This document shows, piece after piece, positions 36,377-44,378 of a DNA stretch of 57,920 bases. The notes under the pieces were generated by a model, which saw only the letters and a program-made list of their open reading frames with translations, made no database searches and was not told the origin of the DNA. This stretch comes from Chloroflexota bacterium (GTDB lineage: Bacteria; Chloroflexota; Dehalococcoidia; UBA2979), in the NCBI GenBank assembly GCA_009837285.1, contig VXTU01000114.1, positions 1 to 57,920 on the forward strand. The letters are read 5' to 3'. Every line of letters begins with the position of its first letter. Position 1 is the first letter of the stretch. Both the position numbers and the translations under genes were made by a program.

Positions 36377-36904
36377 GTGACCCCTCCGAGCATCGAGCAG
36401 CCCTCGATCGAGCCTCGCGTCGGTGCACCGACGGCCGAGCAGCTCGCCGCGCTGCGCGAGGCAATGCTGCTGCACGCGCAGAACGAGGTCGATGCGGCGA
36501 TCGCGGCAGCCGAGACGCTGGTGGAGAGCGTGCCCGACTTCTGCGAGGCCCACTCCTACCTCGGCAACACGCTCGTCACGCGCAGGCGCCGCTTCGCCGA
36601 CGGCCTCGCCGCGCTCGAACGCGCCGCCGCGCTGTGCCCACGCGACGCGGGCATCCTCTACACGCTCGGCTGGTGCCGCGAGTTCGTCGCGAACGCGCTC
36701 GAGAAGCCGCGCGTCGCGCACCAGCCAGTCGAGCAGGACGCGGCGACGCTCTACGCCCTCACCACCGAGGTGATGCTGCGCGCGCTCGACTGCGACCCCG
36801 AGCCCGGCCTGCGCGGTGACATTGAAGACATCCTCGACGTGGTCGCCTCCGCGACGGGCATCCCCTGGGACGAGGAGCACGAGAGCGGCGGGGCCGACGC
36901 CTGA
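36377..36904 (+). CDS. Hypothetical protein with a TPR-like helical region
   Basis: 175 aa, plausible coding composition, GTG start without a clear RBS. The stop overlaps the next ATG (TGATG). Confidence 0.5.
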   Translation: MTPPSIEQPSIEPRVGAPTAEQLAALREAMLLHAQNEVDAAIAAAETLVESVPDFCEAHSYLGNTLVTRRRRFADGLAALERAAALCPRDAGILYTLGWCREFVANALEKPRVAHQPVEQDAATLYALTTEVMLRALDCDPEPGLRGDIEDILDVVASATGIPWDEEHESGGADA

Positions 36905-37734
36905 TGCCGCACCTCGAACTTGATGACGGCTTCCGCCTCTACTACGAGCGCCACGGCGATGGCCCGCCGGTGATCTTCGCGCACGGCGCGGGCGGCAACG
37001 CCATGTCGTGGTGGCGGCAGGTGCCCGTCTTCGCCGAGCGGTACACCGTCGTCACCTTCGACCACCGCGCGTTCGGCCGCTCCCCGGACGTCGAGGATGG
37101 CCCGGGCCGCACGGCCTTCGGCGCCGACGCGCTCGCACTCCTCGACGCGCTCGGCCTGGGCGAGGTGCACTTCGTCGCGCATTCGATGGGCGCGCGGACC
37201 GCGATCGGGCTGATGCGGCTCGACCCCGGCCGGTTCCGCTCGCTCACCATCTCCGGTTCGAACGCGGGCTGCGTCGACGACCGGCTGCGCGAGCGCAAGG
37301 CGGAGCTGGCGGCGTCGGGCGTGACGGCCGGGACGCTGCTGCAGCGCGCGCTGCCCGAGGACTTCCACGAGCGCGAGCCGGAGCTGTGGCACCTCTACCG
37401 GCAGATCCGCTCGATCAACCCGCCGCGCCCGCCGGACTTCCTCGCCCCGTCGCCTGCATTGCGCAACTTCCGGGGCTCGTCGGCGACCCGGCTGATCGAG
37501 TCGGGCGTGCCGCTCCTCTGGATCGTCGGCGAGGTCGACCGGGTCATCCCGGCCGAGCTGGTCCGCATGTCGCACCAGCTCACACCCGGCTCGCGCTACG
37601 CCGAGATCGCCGGCGCGGGCCACTCCGCCTACTTCGAGCGCCCCGAGCCGTGGAACGCCGAGGTGCTGCGGTTCATCGACGAGGTCGAGGCGGCAGCTCT
37701 GGCTCCCTCTCCCGCTGGGAGAGGGTTGGGGTGA
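36904..37734 (+). CDS. Alpha/beta-fold hydrolase
   Basis: HGAGGN oxyanion region, nucleophile elbow AHSMGA, C-terminal GAGHS. The last ~11 codons and the stop lie inside a repeat element. Confidence 0.8.
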   Translation: MPHLELDDGFRLYYERHGDGPPVIFAHGAGGNAMSWWRQVPVFAERYTVVTFDHRAFGRSPDVEDGPGRTAFGADALALLDALGLGEVHFVAHSMGARTAIGLMRLDPGRFRSLTISGSNAGCVDDRLRERKAELAASGVTAGTLLQRALPEDFHEREPELWHLYRQIRSINPPRPPDFLAPSPALRNFRGSSATRLIESGVPLLWIVGEVDRVIPAELVRMSHQLTPGSRYAEIAGAGHSAYFERPEPWNAEVLRFIDEVEAAALAPSPAGRGLG

Positions 37735-37849
37735 GGGTCCGGCGGGCTCCTCGGGGGTTAGTCGCACCCCGCAGACCCTCGGCCGGGGGGATGGGAGTCC
37801 GGCTCCCTCTCCCGCACTGCGGGAGAGGGTTGGGGTGAGGGTCCGGCGG
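37701..37849. repeat. Two near-identical copies of the GC-rich palindromic repeat
   Basis: ggctccctctcccgc(tg/actgc)gggagagggttggggtgagggtccggcgg at 37701-37745 and 37801-37849. The spacer contains cgcaccccgcagaccc, the reverse complement of the gggtctgcggggtgcg module seen at 33885. Confidence 0.85.
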
Positions 37850-37857
37850 CAAGCGTC

Positions 37858-38145
37858 CTACCCGACGCGCTCGTTGATCTCGGCGGCGAGGCGCATGTCG
37901 TAGTCGCTGATGCCACCGACGTCGTGCGTGCTGAGCGCGATGTGGACGCGGTTCCAGGTGTTGGTGAGGGTCGGATGGTGGTTCATGCGCTCGGCGAGGA
38001 TGCCGACCTGCGTGATGAGCCCCATGGCCGCCACGAAGTCCGCGAGCTGCACCTCGCGCACGATCTCATCGCCATCGCGGCTCCACCCGTCGAGCCCGGC
38101 GAGCGCCTCCTCGATCTCGGCGTCGTTCAGCTTGTTCGCCGGCAT
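37858..38145 (-). CDS. phhB: 4a-hydroxytetrahydrobiopterin (pterin-4-alpha-carbinolamine) dehydratase
   Basis: 95 aa, ...ERMNHHPTLTNTWNRVHIALSTHD motif; ATG 38145 follows GAGGTG. Confidence 0.85.
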   Translation of the reverse strand: MPANKLNDAEIEEALAGLDGWSRDGDEIVREVQLADFVAAMGLITQVGILAERMNHHPTLTNTWNRVHIALSTHDVGGISDYDMRLAAEINERVG

Positions 38146-38348
38146 GTGGCACCTCGTTCCGCCGCGTTGTGGGGGGAGCGTAGGAGGGCGGGGGCGAGGG
38201 ATGCAAGGCATTGGTCAGCTACGCGACACTGGCACCGTGATACGTGAAGTTGTGGATCTCCTACGTCAGAAATGACTTGTACTACGCGATATGTCGTGCT
38301 ACCTTCCCAACATCCCGAATGTGGTCGGAGCGCCGAAGGAGGCAACCC

Positions 38349-39512
38349 ATGCGACTCGAACTCCCCGGAATCGGATACCAGCAGGGCAACCGGCAGATGG
38401 TCGTGACTGCGCTCAACCCGGTCGCCCTCGTGAAGACCGTGACGAGCCCGGACCGGTGGAACCCGCTCGGCAAGCAGCCGCACGGCAATCGCCCGCAGGA
38501 CAAGGGGCACCGGGAGGGCATTGCCCAGTACCTCGAGGAGGAGGAGAACTTCGTCTTGGGCGCCGTGGTCCTCTACGCCTCCCCGCGCGATGCGATGTTC
38601 GAGCCGGCCGAGGGCGACTCGAACGGCCCAGTGCGCCCTGGGACCCTCAAGCTGGAGTTCGGGGCGGAGTTCGACGTCGGTGACGGCCAGCACCGTATCG
38701 GTGCGTACAGCGACGTCATGGCCCGCCACGACGAGGACGGCGACCCGATTCTTGAGCGCCTTCGCGCGTCAGGGCAGCCCGCCGTCGTCGTGATCGACGA
38801 CGAACCCCTGCACCGCGCCCAGGACTTCACCGACCTCCAGCGCAACGCGAAGCCGCCCTCCAACTCGATCGCTCTCAGCATGGACCGGCGTCAGCCGGTG
38901 AACCGGATGCTGATCGACCTCGTCCAGGATGCGGCACTCCCGGTCTTCGACCTGGGGGAGCGCGTTGAGTTCCTCAAGGACTCGCCGGGGAAGCTCTCGG
39001 CGAAGCTCTACTCCTTCAACACCATCCGCTACATGAGCGGTACCGCGTTGATCGGCACTGGCCAGCGGAGTGCGCGTGGCTGGGACAAGGCCGTCAACGC
39101 TGCGATCGAAGAGCACCCCGACGCGTCGCGGGCGGGACTCGTTGCATTCTGGCAGGCCTTCGCTGCGCTCCCGCCGATCGCAGCGATCATCGGTGGCGAG
39201 TCGACCCCGGCGAAGCTCCGTGAGGAAACGCTGCTGGGTGCCGCCGGGGTGCTGTACGCGCTCGCGGCTGCGGCGCACGAGGCCTCGGACGTCGGGATGG
39301 ATCTCGGAGAGGCCGTTTCTGCCTTCCAGGGCGTCAACTTCGCGCGCCCCGCGCCGCCGCCGCAGGGCTCCCCGCTGACCCTCGACGACAGCATCTTCGT
39401 CGGCACCCTGATCGATGCCGAAACGGCGAAGGTCGGATCGGGACGCCCTTCGTGGGAGGCGGCTGCCGACCACCTGCTCGAGGCGATCAAGCAGATGCGG
39501 GCGGCGGCATAG
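38349..39512 (+). CDS. DGQHR-domain protein (DndB-like, ParB/Srx-superfamily fold)
   Basis: Literal motif FDVGDGQHRIGAY and downstream QDFTDLQRNAKP. ATG 38349 is preceded by AAGGAGG. The ORF-track start 38244 lies in an AT-richer leader. Confidence 0.8.
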   Translation: MRLELPGIGYQQGNRQMVVTALNPVALVKTVTSPDRWNPLGKQPHGNRPQDKGHREGIAQYLEEEENFVLGAVVLYASPRDAMFEPAEGDSNGPVRPGTLKLEFGAEFDVGDGQHRIGAYSDVMARHDEDGDPILERLRASGQPAVVVIDDEPLHRAQDFTDLQRNAKPPSNSIALSMDRRQPVNRMLIDLVQDAALPVFDLGERVEFLKDSPGKLSAKLYSFNTIRYMSGTALIGTGQRSARGWDKAVNAAIEEHPDASRAGLVAFWQAFAALPPIAAIIGGESTPAKLREETLLGAAGVLYALAAAAHEASDVGMDLGEAVSAFQGVNFARPAPPPQGSPLTLDDSIFVGTLIDAETAKVGSGRPSWEAAADHLLEAIKQMRAAA

Positions 39513-39537
39513 CCGCCCGCATCTGAGCGTCAGCGCC

Positions 39538-39882
39538 GTGGCAATCGACGCCAACATTAGCCTGGAGACGCGGGCCCTCGTACTCGATCTGTATGGGTCG
39601 ACGTGCCAACTGTGCGCCCGTGGTCCCGGGGATCCCGATCGCGTCGATCAGAGTCGGCTTACGCAGCTCGTTGTCGCCCTCGCGGACGAGAGCCTCCCCG
39701 GAGGCGACGACGCCCGCTGCAACCTCAATGTCGTGTGCACGGCCTGCGAGACGAGCCCACCAACGGAGGCGGCGTCGCCAGGCCTCGTGGCACTGATGGG
39801 CGAACTCCGGCGTGCCACGATCGCTGACCAGCGCAGAGCGCTGGAGTGGCTGCAACGCCGAGCCCAGCAGGGACGGGCTTGA
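39538..39882 (+). CDS. Small CxxC...CxxC protein resembling an HNH (beta-beta-alpha-Me) finger that lacks both catalytic His residues
   Basis: STCQLC ... LVVALADESLPGGDDARCNLNVVCTACE follows the HNH layout (CxxC ... [H]H ... GG.D...NL..C..C[H]) with A/L and E in the His positions. A GTG start at 39538 is assumed. The stop overlaps the next ATG (TGATG). Confidence 0.4.
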   Translation: MAIDANISLETRALVLDLYGSTCQLCARGPGDPDRVDQSRLTQLVVALADESLPGGDDARCNLNVVCTACETSPPTEAASPGLVALMGELRRATIADQRRALEWLQRRAQQGRA

Positions 39883-40724
39883 TGCCGCGGCTTGGCACCA
39901 CTGATGCCAACGCCGAGTTAGCCGTGCGGATGTATGGCGAACTCCTCGACGAGCACGGCTGGGGCCTCGACCGCGCGTGGCTCGCGATCTCATCTCTGCT
40001 AATGACGTGCGACTTGTGGTGGGACGGGGACTGGCATCCATTCCACGACGCTCCGGTGTTGCGTGAATCCAACGTCTATGGACTGACCCGAACAGGTGAC
40101 CCAAATCCAGCCCTGACCGATGCGTTCCGCGTGAAGGAGCGGCTGGCGGTGGGGTTCGCCGTCGCGGACGCTGATGTTTGCGCGACTCTTGGGCGCTTTT
40201 TCCGCGAGCCTCGCCTTCTGGGACTCCAGCCGAACAACCCGCGCGGCCACGCGTTCCGCTCCCTTGTCGCGGAGACGCTCGCGCGCTTCGGTGACCCGGC
40301 GCTCGGCGTGGCGGAGGCGATCTCGCCACATGACGTCTTTGCCGGCTTCGACCGCTTCGCCGCCGGACGCGGTAGCCGAATCGACATTGTCGTGCGGCGT
40401 GGCGACCACCTCGTCGCGCTCATCACCACGCACTGGACGTACCGCCACACGCGCGTCGGAATTCTCCGCGATGCGGAGGCTTACATGCCTGCGGTGCGCG
40501 TTCTGAACGCCGACTGCCGGTTCTACGGCGTCACAGCCGAGTTCGGGACGGCGCGGCTGAAGAAGGTCATCGCGGAGACGGCACCTGTGATGCGGAACGC
40601 GGTGATCGACCGCTTGGTGCACCTCAACCCGGAACTCCCTGGCGACCTGATCGGCAAGAACGGGGAACTGCGCGAGATGTGGTCGCTGGCGCAGATGGTC
40701 GAGGACTCGTACAACTGGCACTGA
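39882..40724 (+). CDS. Hypothetical protein, possibly with a restriction-endonuclease-like fold
   Basis: 280 aa. GHAFRSLVAETL helix, then RIDIVVRRGDHLVALITTHWTYRH, loosely reminiscent of the E...D...(D/E)xK layout, although the (D/E)xK triad itself is not evident. Confidence 0.5.
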   Translation: MPRLGTTDANAELAVRMYGELLDEHGWGLDRAWLAISSLLMTCDLWWDGDWHPFHDAPVLRESNVYGLTRTGDPNPALTDAFRVKERLAVGFAVADADVCATLGRFFREPRLLGLQPNNPRGHAFRSLVAETLARFGDPALGVAEAISPHDVFAGFDRFAAGRGSRIDIVVRRGDHLVALITTHWTYRHTRVGILRDAEAYMPAVRVLNADCRFYGVTAEFGTARLKKVIAETAPVMRNAVIDRLVHLNPELPGDLIGKNGELREMWSLAQMVEDSYNWH

Positions 40725-40730
40725 GGTAAC

Positions 40731-42083
40731 GTGACCACGATCCTGCAGACCTTCGAGGCCCTCCACCCCACCTCTCGCACCCTCCACGAACGCGCGCGGC
40801 GCGTCTTCCCCTCCGGCGTCACGCACGACATCCGCGCCTTCTGGCCATGGCCGGTCTACATCGAGCGCGCCGAGGGGGCCCGCAAGTGGGATGTCGACGG
40901 GAACGAGTACGTCGACTACATCGGCGGGCACGGGGCGCTGTTGCTGGGGCACAACCGGCCCGAGGTGATCGAGGCAGTCCGGGGCGCGCTCGACCGGGGC
41001 ACGCACTTCGGCTCCTCGCACGACCTCGAGGTCGAGTGGGGCGAGCAGGTGCTGCGTATGGTGCCGTGCGGCGAACGCGTGCGGTTCACCTCCTCCGGCA
41101 CCGAGTCGACCATGATGGCGCTGCGGCTGGCGCGCGCCTTCACGGGGCGTCAGCGCGTGGTGAAGCTCGTGGAGCACTTCCACGGCTGGCACGACCTCGC
41201 CGTCGGCCACCCGGGCGTCGACGAGGCGCGGCCGGAGTCGGTCGGCGTCCCGCCGGGGTTCTACGAGGACCTCACCATCGTCCCGGCCGGCGATGTCGCG
41301 GCGCTCGAGGAGGCTCTCGTCCCGCGCGACGTGGCGGCGCTGATCTTCGAGCCGACCGGGGCGCACTGGGGTACCCACCCGCTGGACCCCTCTTACCTGG
41401 AGGCCGCGCGCGAGGCGACGAGCGCGGCCGGGACGGCGCTCATCTTCGACGAGGTGATCACCGGCTTCCGGATGGCGCCGGGCGGCGCCTCGGAGCGTTA
41501 CGGCGTCACCCCGGACCTCTCGACGCACGCCAAGATCCTCGCCGGCGGCCTGCCGGGTGGGTGCGTCACCGGCCGCGCCGAGTTCATCGAGATGATCGAG
41601 ATGCGCGAGGACGACGCGGCGTGGAACACACGCCGCCGCGTGTCGCATCAGGGGACGTACAACGCGCAGCCCCCGGCCGCCGCGGCCGGGATCGCCGCGC
41701 TCCGCATCATCGAGGCGGGCGGCGAGGTGGAGCGCGCCGACGCCGCGGCTGCCGATCTGGTGCGCGGCCTCAACGCGCTCTTCGCCGAGCGGTCGGTACC
41801 GGGATCGGCGTGGGCCGCCTCGTCGATCTGGCACCTCAACCTCGGCTACGACGCTCCCCGGCCCACCGACGTGGAGTGGGACGCGGCCGAGGAGCCGCGC
41901 GGCGTCACCGAGGAACTGGTGCGCCCGCTCAAGCAGGCGCTGCTCAACCATGGCGTCGACCTGATGGGGACGGGCGGCATGGTGTCCTCGGCGCACGTGG
42001 AGTCAGACATCACCCGCACCATCGAGGCATTTTCGGACACCGTCGACGACCTGGTCCGTGAGGGATTGCTCGGGGGCGGTTAA
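40731..42083 (+). CDS. Class-III (GSA-aminomutase-like) PLP-dependent aminotransferase
   Basis: DVDGNEYVDYIGGHGALLLGH, SGTESTMMALRLAR, IFDEVITGFR, PLP-Lys region STHAKILAGG. GTG 40731 is only 6 nt after the previous stop. Confidence 0.85.
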   Translation: MTTILQTFEALHPTSRTLHERARRVFPSGVTHDIRAFWPWPVYIERAEGARKWDVDGNEYVDYIGGHGALLLGHNRPEVIEAVRGALDRGTHFGSSHDLEVEWGEQVLRMVPCGERVRFTSSGTESTMMALRLARAFTGRQRVVKLVEHFHGWHDLAVGHPGVDEARPESVGVPPGFYEDLTIVPAGDVAALEEALVPRDVAALIFEPTGAHWGTHPLDPSYLEAAREATSAAGTALIFDEVITGFRMAPGGASERYGVTPDLSTHAKILAGGLPGGCVTGRAEFIEMIEMREDDAAWNTRRRVSHQGTYNAQPPAAAAGIAALRIIEAGGEVERADAAAADLVRGLNALFAERSVPGSAWAASSIWHLNLGYDAPRPTDVEWDAAEEPRGVTEELVRPLKQALLNHGVDLMGTGGMVSSAHVESDITRTIEAFSDTVDDLVREGLLGGG

Positions 42084-42103
42084 CTTCGTGCCCCCGCTCA
42101 GAG

Positions 42104-42124
42104 TTATCCACAAAGTGTGGACAA
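42104..42124. promoter_or_regulatory. Inverted pair of DnaA-box-like 9-mers (TTATCCACA-aag-TGTGGACAA)
   Basis: 42104-42112 is an exact match to the TTATCCACA consensus. 42116-42124 is the reverse complement of TTGTCCACA. A third TCCACA core lies at 42147-42152. Confidence 0.35.
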
Positions 42125-42230
42125 TAGGAATCTGATGGCGTAGAACTCCACACCGTTGTGCGTTTCACAGGGAAACGCACTGCTACTCGGCCGGGCGTGA
42201 CGCCGACATACGCTCAGCCGTCGGACATTG

Positions 42231-43019
42231 ATGGCTGCTCCCCAGGTCCTGAAGCCGGGTCACCCGGATCAGTTAGTCGTCGCTGCTGCCGCCGCGCTCC
42301 TGCTCGCGGCGGCCACCGTGTGGCAGGCCACGCTTTCCGCAGCCGGCACGACTCCCGCTCCGAGGTCCGAGACGGTGGGCGCCACGAGTTCGTTCGAGGC
42401 GGTGCAGTCCGTCGCGCTCCGGATTTCCGAGCGGGACGCGCTCCCGCGCGACTCCCGCGTGACGCCCGTGCCGGGACCTGCCGTGATACGAAGCGCCGCC
42501 ACGGCGGGACTGCTGGAGTCGCCCGCCAGCCCGCCGCCGCGGGTCGCGGCCGGCGCTCCCGACGCAAGCGTCGCGGTGTTCCCGAAGCCGTTCTCGCCGA
42601 CGCTCTTCGATGGAGCGTCCGGTGCGGGCGCCCTGGGCCAGTCGCCTGGCCGCGAGAGCCTCGCGACCGCGGCGCATTCGACGGCCACTCCCGAGCTCCA
42701 ACCCGGTGACCGCGTCGTGGCGACCGTGAGCTTCTACTACTGCACGGCGGATTCGGGTCACCCGGGGGATGGCGGCGCGTGGTGCGGGGCCATGCGCGAC
42801 GGGACGGTCGTCTACCCGGGCGCGGCGGCCTGCGACTACGAGTACCTCGGCCAGCAGTTCCGCATCGAGGGCGATCCGACGGGCCGCGTGTACACGTGCA
42901 ACGACACCGGCAGCGCCGTGCACGGGCTGCACCGGGATATCTGGTTCCGCACGAACGCCGAGGGCTGGAGCTGGCAACGCGACGTCGGCAGGCGCGTGGT
43001 GATCGAGATCGTCAACTAG
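42231..43019 (+). CDS. Secreted 3D-domain (MltA-like double-psi barrel) protein
   Basis: N-terminal hydrophobic segment. C-terminus ...VYTCNDTGSAVHGLHRDIWFRTNAEGWSWQRDVGRRVVIEIV is typical of 3D domains. Confidence 0.7.
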   Translation: MAAPQVLKPGHPDQLVVAAAAALLLAAATVWQATLSAAGTTPAPRSETVGATSSFEAVQSVALRISERDALPRDSRVTPVPGPAVIRSAATAGLLESPASPPPRVAAGAPDASVAVFPKPFSPTLFDGASGAGALGQSPGRESLATAAHSTATPELQPGDRVVATVSFYYCTADSGHPGDGGAWCGAMRDGTVVYPGAAACDYEYLGQQFRIEGDPTGRVYTCNDTGSAVHGLHRDIWFRTNAEGWSWQRDVGRRVVIEIVN

Positions 43020-43031
43020 CCACACTTGTGC

Positions 43032-43059
43032 TTGTGCGCACACGGTCAAAGTCGATAAT
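43032..43059 (+). promoter_or_regulatory. Sigma-70-like promoter candidate upstream of the first XRE gene
   Basis: TTGTGC-16 nt-GATAAT in a locally AT-richer stretch. Confidence 0.3.
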
Positions 43060-43133
43060 GTGTACGTATCGCATGCCCCATCGCGCGAGGCGCCCTCGGT
43101 CGCCACGTGCGTGGCCGCTCCCACAGCGACGAA

Positions 43134-43802
43134 ATGGCGGCGTCAGCGATGCAGGTCGACCCAGAGACGCTGACCCGGCGTTCGGAGCTCGGGCGGCGGC
43201 TGCGTGAGCTTCGCCGCGACAGCGGAATGACGCAGGCGGAACTCGCGCGTGCGGCAGGCCTCGGGCAGGCCTCGCTCTCGAACTATGAGAACGCCAGGCG
43301 CGACATACATTTGGTTTCGGCAGTGCGAGTCGCGGCTGCACTGGACGTCACGCTTGGCGAGCTGCTGGAGGTGCCACACATCCTCGTGGTCCACGATCCG
43401 GATCTCGCGAGGGCGGTGCGCATCCTGGCCGACTCGGAGGAGCTGCTCACGTCGATCGCCGGGCCGCGCCCGCCGCCTCCACCGAGGCCGCCGAAGGCTG
43501 ACGCCGAAGCGCAGCAAGGCGAGGTCGAGGCCACGGAAAGCGAGACCGAGGAACCGGTGAGCGAGGCCGAAGCTGCGGATAGCGAAGCTGAGGCGCGCGA
43601 CGGTGAGGCCGCGGCCACCGACAGCGCGGCCGAAGCCACGGACAGCGAGGCGGCCGCCACGGACGCCGAAGGCGGTGCGACGGACGGTGAGGTCGAACCC
43701 ACGGACGCCGAGCCGCAAGACACTGAGGTGGAATCCGTCGCTGACGCGCCAGTGGAGAGTGACGCCGAGGCGGAGACAACGGACGCTGGTGCGGAAGCGT
43801 AG
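43134..43802 (+). CDS. XRE-family HTH regulator with a Pro-rich hinge and a long acidic repeat tail
   Basis: HTH region GMTQAELARAAGLGQASLSNYENARR; PPPPPRPP; six heptad-like ..ATD.E repeats. Start uncertain (43107, 43134 or 43149). Confidence 0.7.
   Translation: MAASAMQVDPETLTRRSELGRRLRELRRDSGMTQAELARAAGLGQASLSNYENARRDIHLVSAVRVAAALDVTLGELLEVPHILVVHDPDLARAVRILADSEELLTSIAGPRPPPPPRPPKADAEAQQGEVEATESETEEPVSEAEAADSEAEARDGEAAATDSAAEATDSEAAATDAEGGATDGEVEPTDAEPQDTEVESVADAPVESDAEAETTDAGAEA
43606..43731 (+). repeat. Six degenerate 21-bp tandem repeats inside the XRE gene
   Basis: gaggccgcggccaccgacagc / gcggccgaagccacggacagc / gaggcggccgccacggacgcc / gaaggcggtgcgacggacggt / gaggtcgaacccacggacgcc / gagccgcaagacactgaggtg. 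Confidence 0.75.
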
Positions 43803-43817
43803 GTGTCGCGATCATGA

Positions 43818-44192
43818 ATGGGCCGCACACGACCAATGGAGGGACAGACGATCACTATGGGGGATTCCGAGACGCTGAGCCGGCGCGTCGAGATTGGGCG
43901 ACGGCTCCGTGAAGCGCGGCGGCGACGGGGACTCTCGCAGTCCGAGGTCTCCCAGACAGCCGGTATCACGCAAGCGTCCCTTTCCAACTATGAGACCGGC
44001 AAGAGGGAACTGCCCCTGTCCACGATGATGAACCTGGCCGCCGCGCTTGACGTTCCGCTCGGGGACTTGATGGAGATATCCGACGTGATCATCCTGCGGG
44101 ACTCGAGGCTCGCCGACGCCGTGCGCGCGCTCACAGACTCGCCCGAGTTGCTGGAGTCGGTGATCAACGGCGAGCCCGTCGCGGTTCCCTGA
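43818..44192 (+). CDS. XRE-family HTH regulator, tandem paralogue of 43134-43802 without the acidic tail
   Basis: GLSQSEVSQTAGITQASLSNYETGKR. Collinear with the upstream paralogue through ...DSPELLESV. Start uncertain (43818, 43836 or 43857). Confidence 0.7.
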   Translation: MGRTRPMEGQTITMGDSETLSRRVEIGRRLREARRRRGLSQSEVSQTAGITQASLSNYETGKRELPLSTMMNLAAALDVPLGDLMEISDVIILRDSRLADAVRALTDSPELLESVINGEPVAVP

Positions 44193-44378
44193 TCCACTGT
44201 GGGCCCGCTACCGCGTCCGTGAGGGAGGGCGAACCGCGTTCGCCGCGCAGCCGTATACTATCTGCGTCCGGCGGGTCCCTGACGGATCGATCGCTGCCGC
44301 GGCTGATGCCCCAGGCAGGCTGGAGCCGCAGCGTGATCTCGCCGCCGTGGCCGTCGCACGTGAAGCAAGGAGGCGGCA

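Noticed and set aside
38349-39512. A classical dnd (phosphorothioation) locus.
   Set aside because: Only the DndB-like gene is present. No DndA, DndC, DndD or DndE, and no Ssp or Dpt homologues, are recognisable anywhere in the window.
42104-42152. Chromosomal replication origin (DnaA boxes, with recF 12 kb away).
   Set aside because: There are only two to three boxes, no AT-rich unwinding element and no dnaA or dnaN nearby. A regulatory or titration site is more plausible, and it is reported as a finding instead.
42084-42230. c-di-AMP (ydaO-type) or other riboswitch upstream of the 3D-domain cell-wall gene.
   Set aside because: I could not find the conserved ydaO core elements. Only small generic hairpins (for example gcgtttc-acagg-gaaacgc) are present.
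44193-44378. Promoter for the AAA-VWA genes around the TATACT hexamer (about 44255).
   Set aside because: A -10-like hexamer is present, but there is no acceptable -35 at 16-18 bp spacing. The support is too weak to list as a feature.
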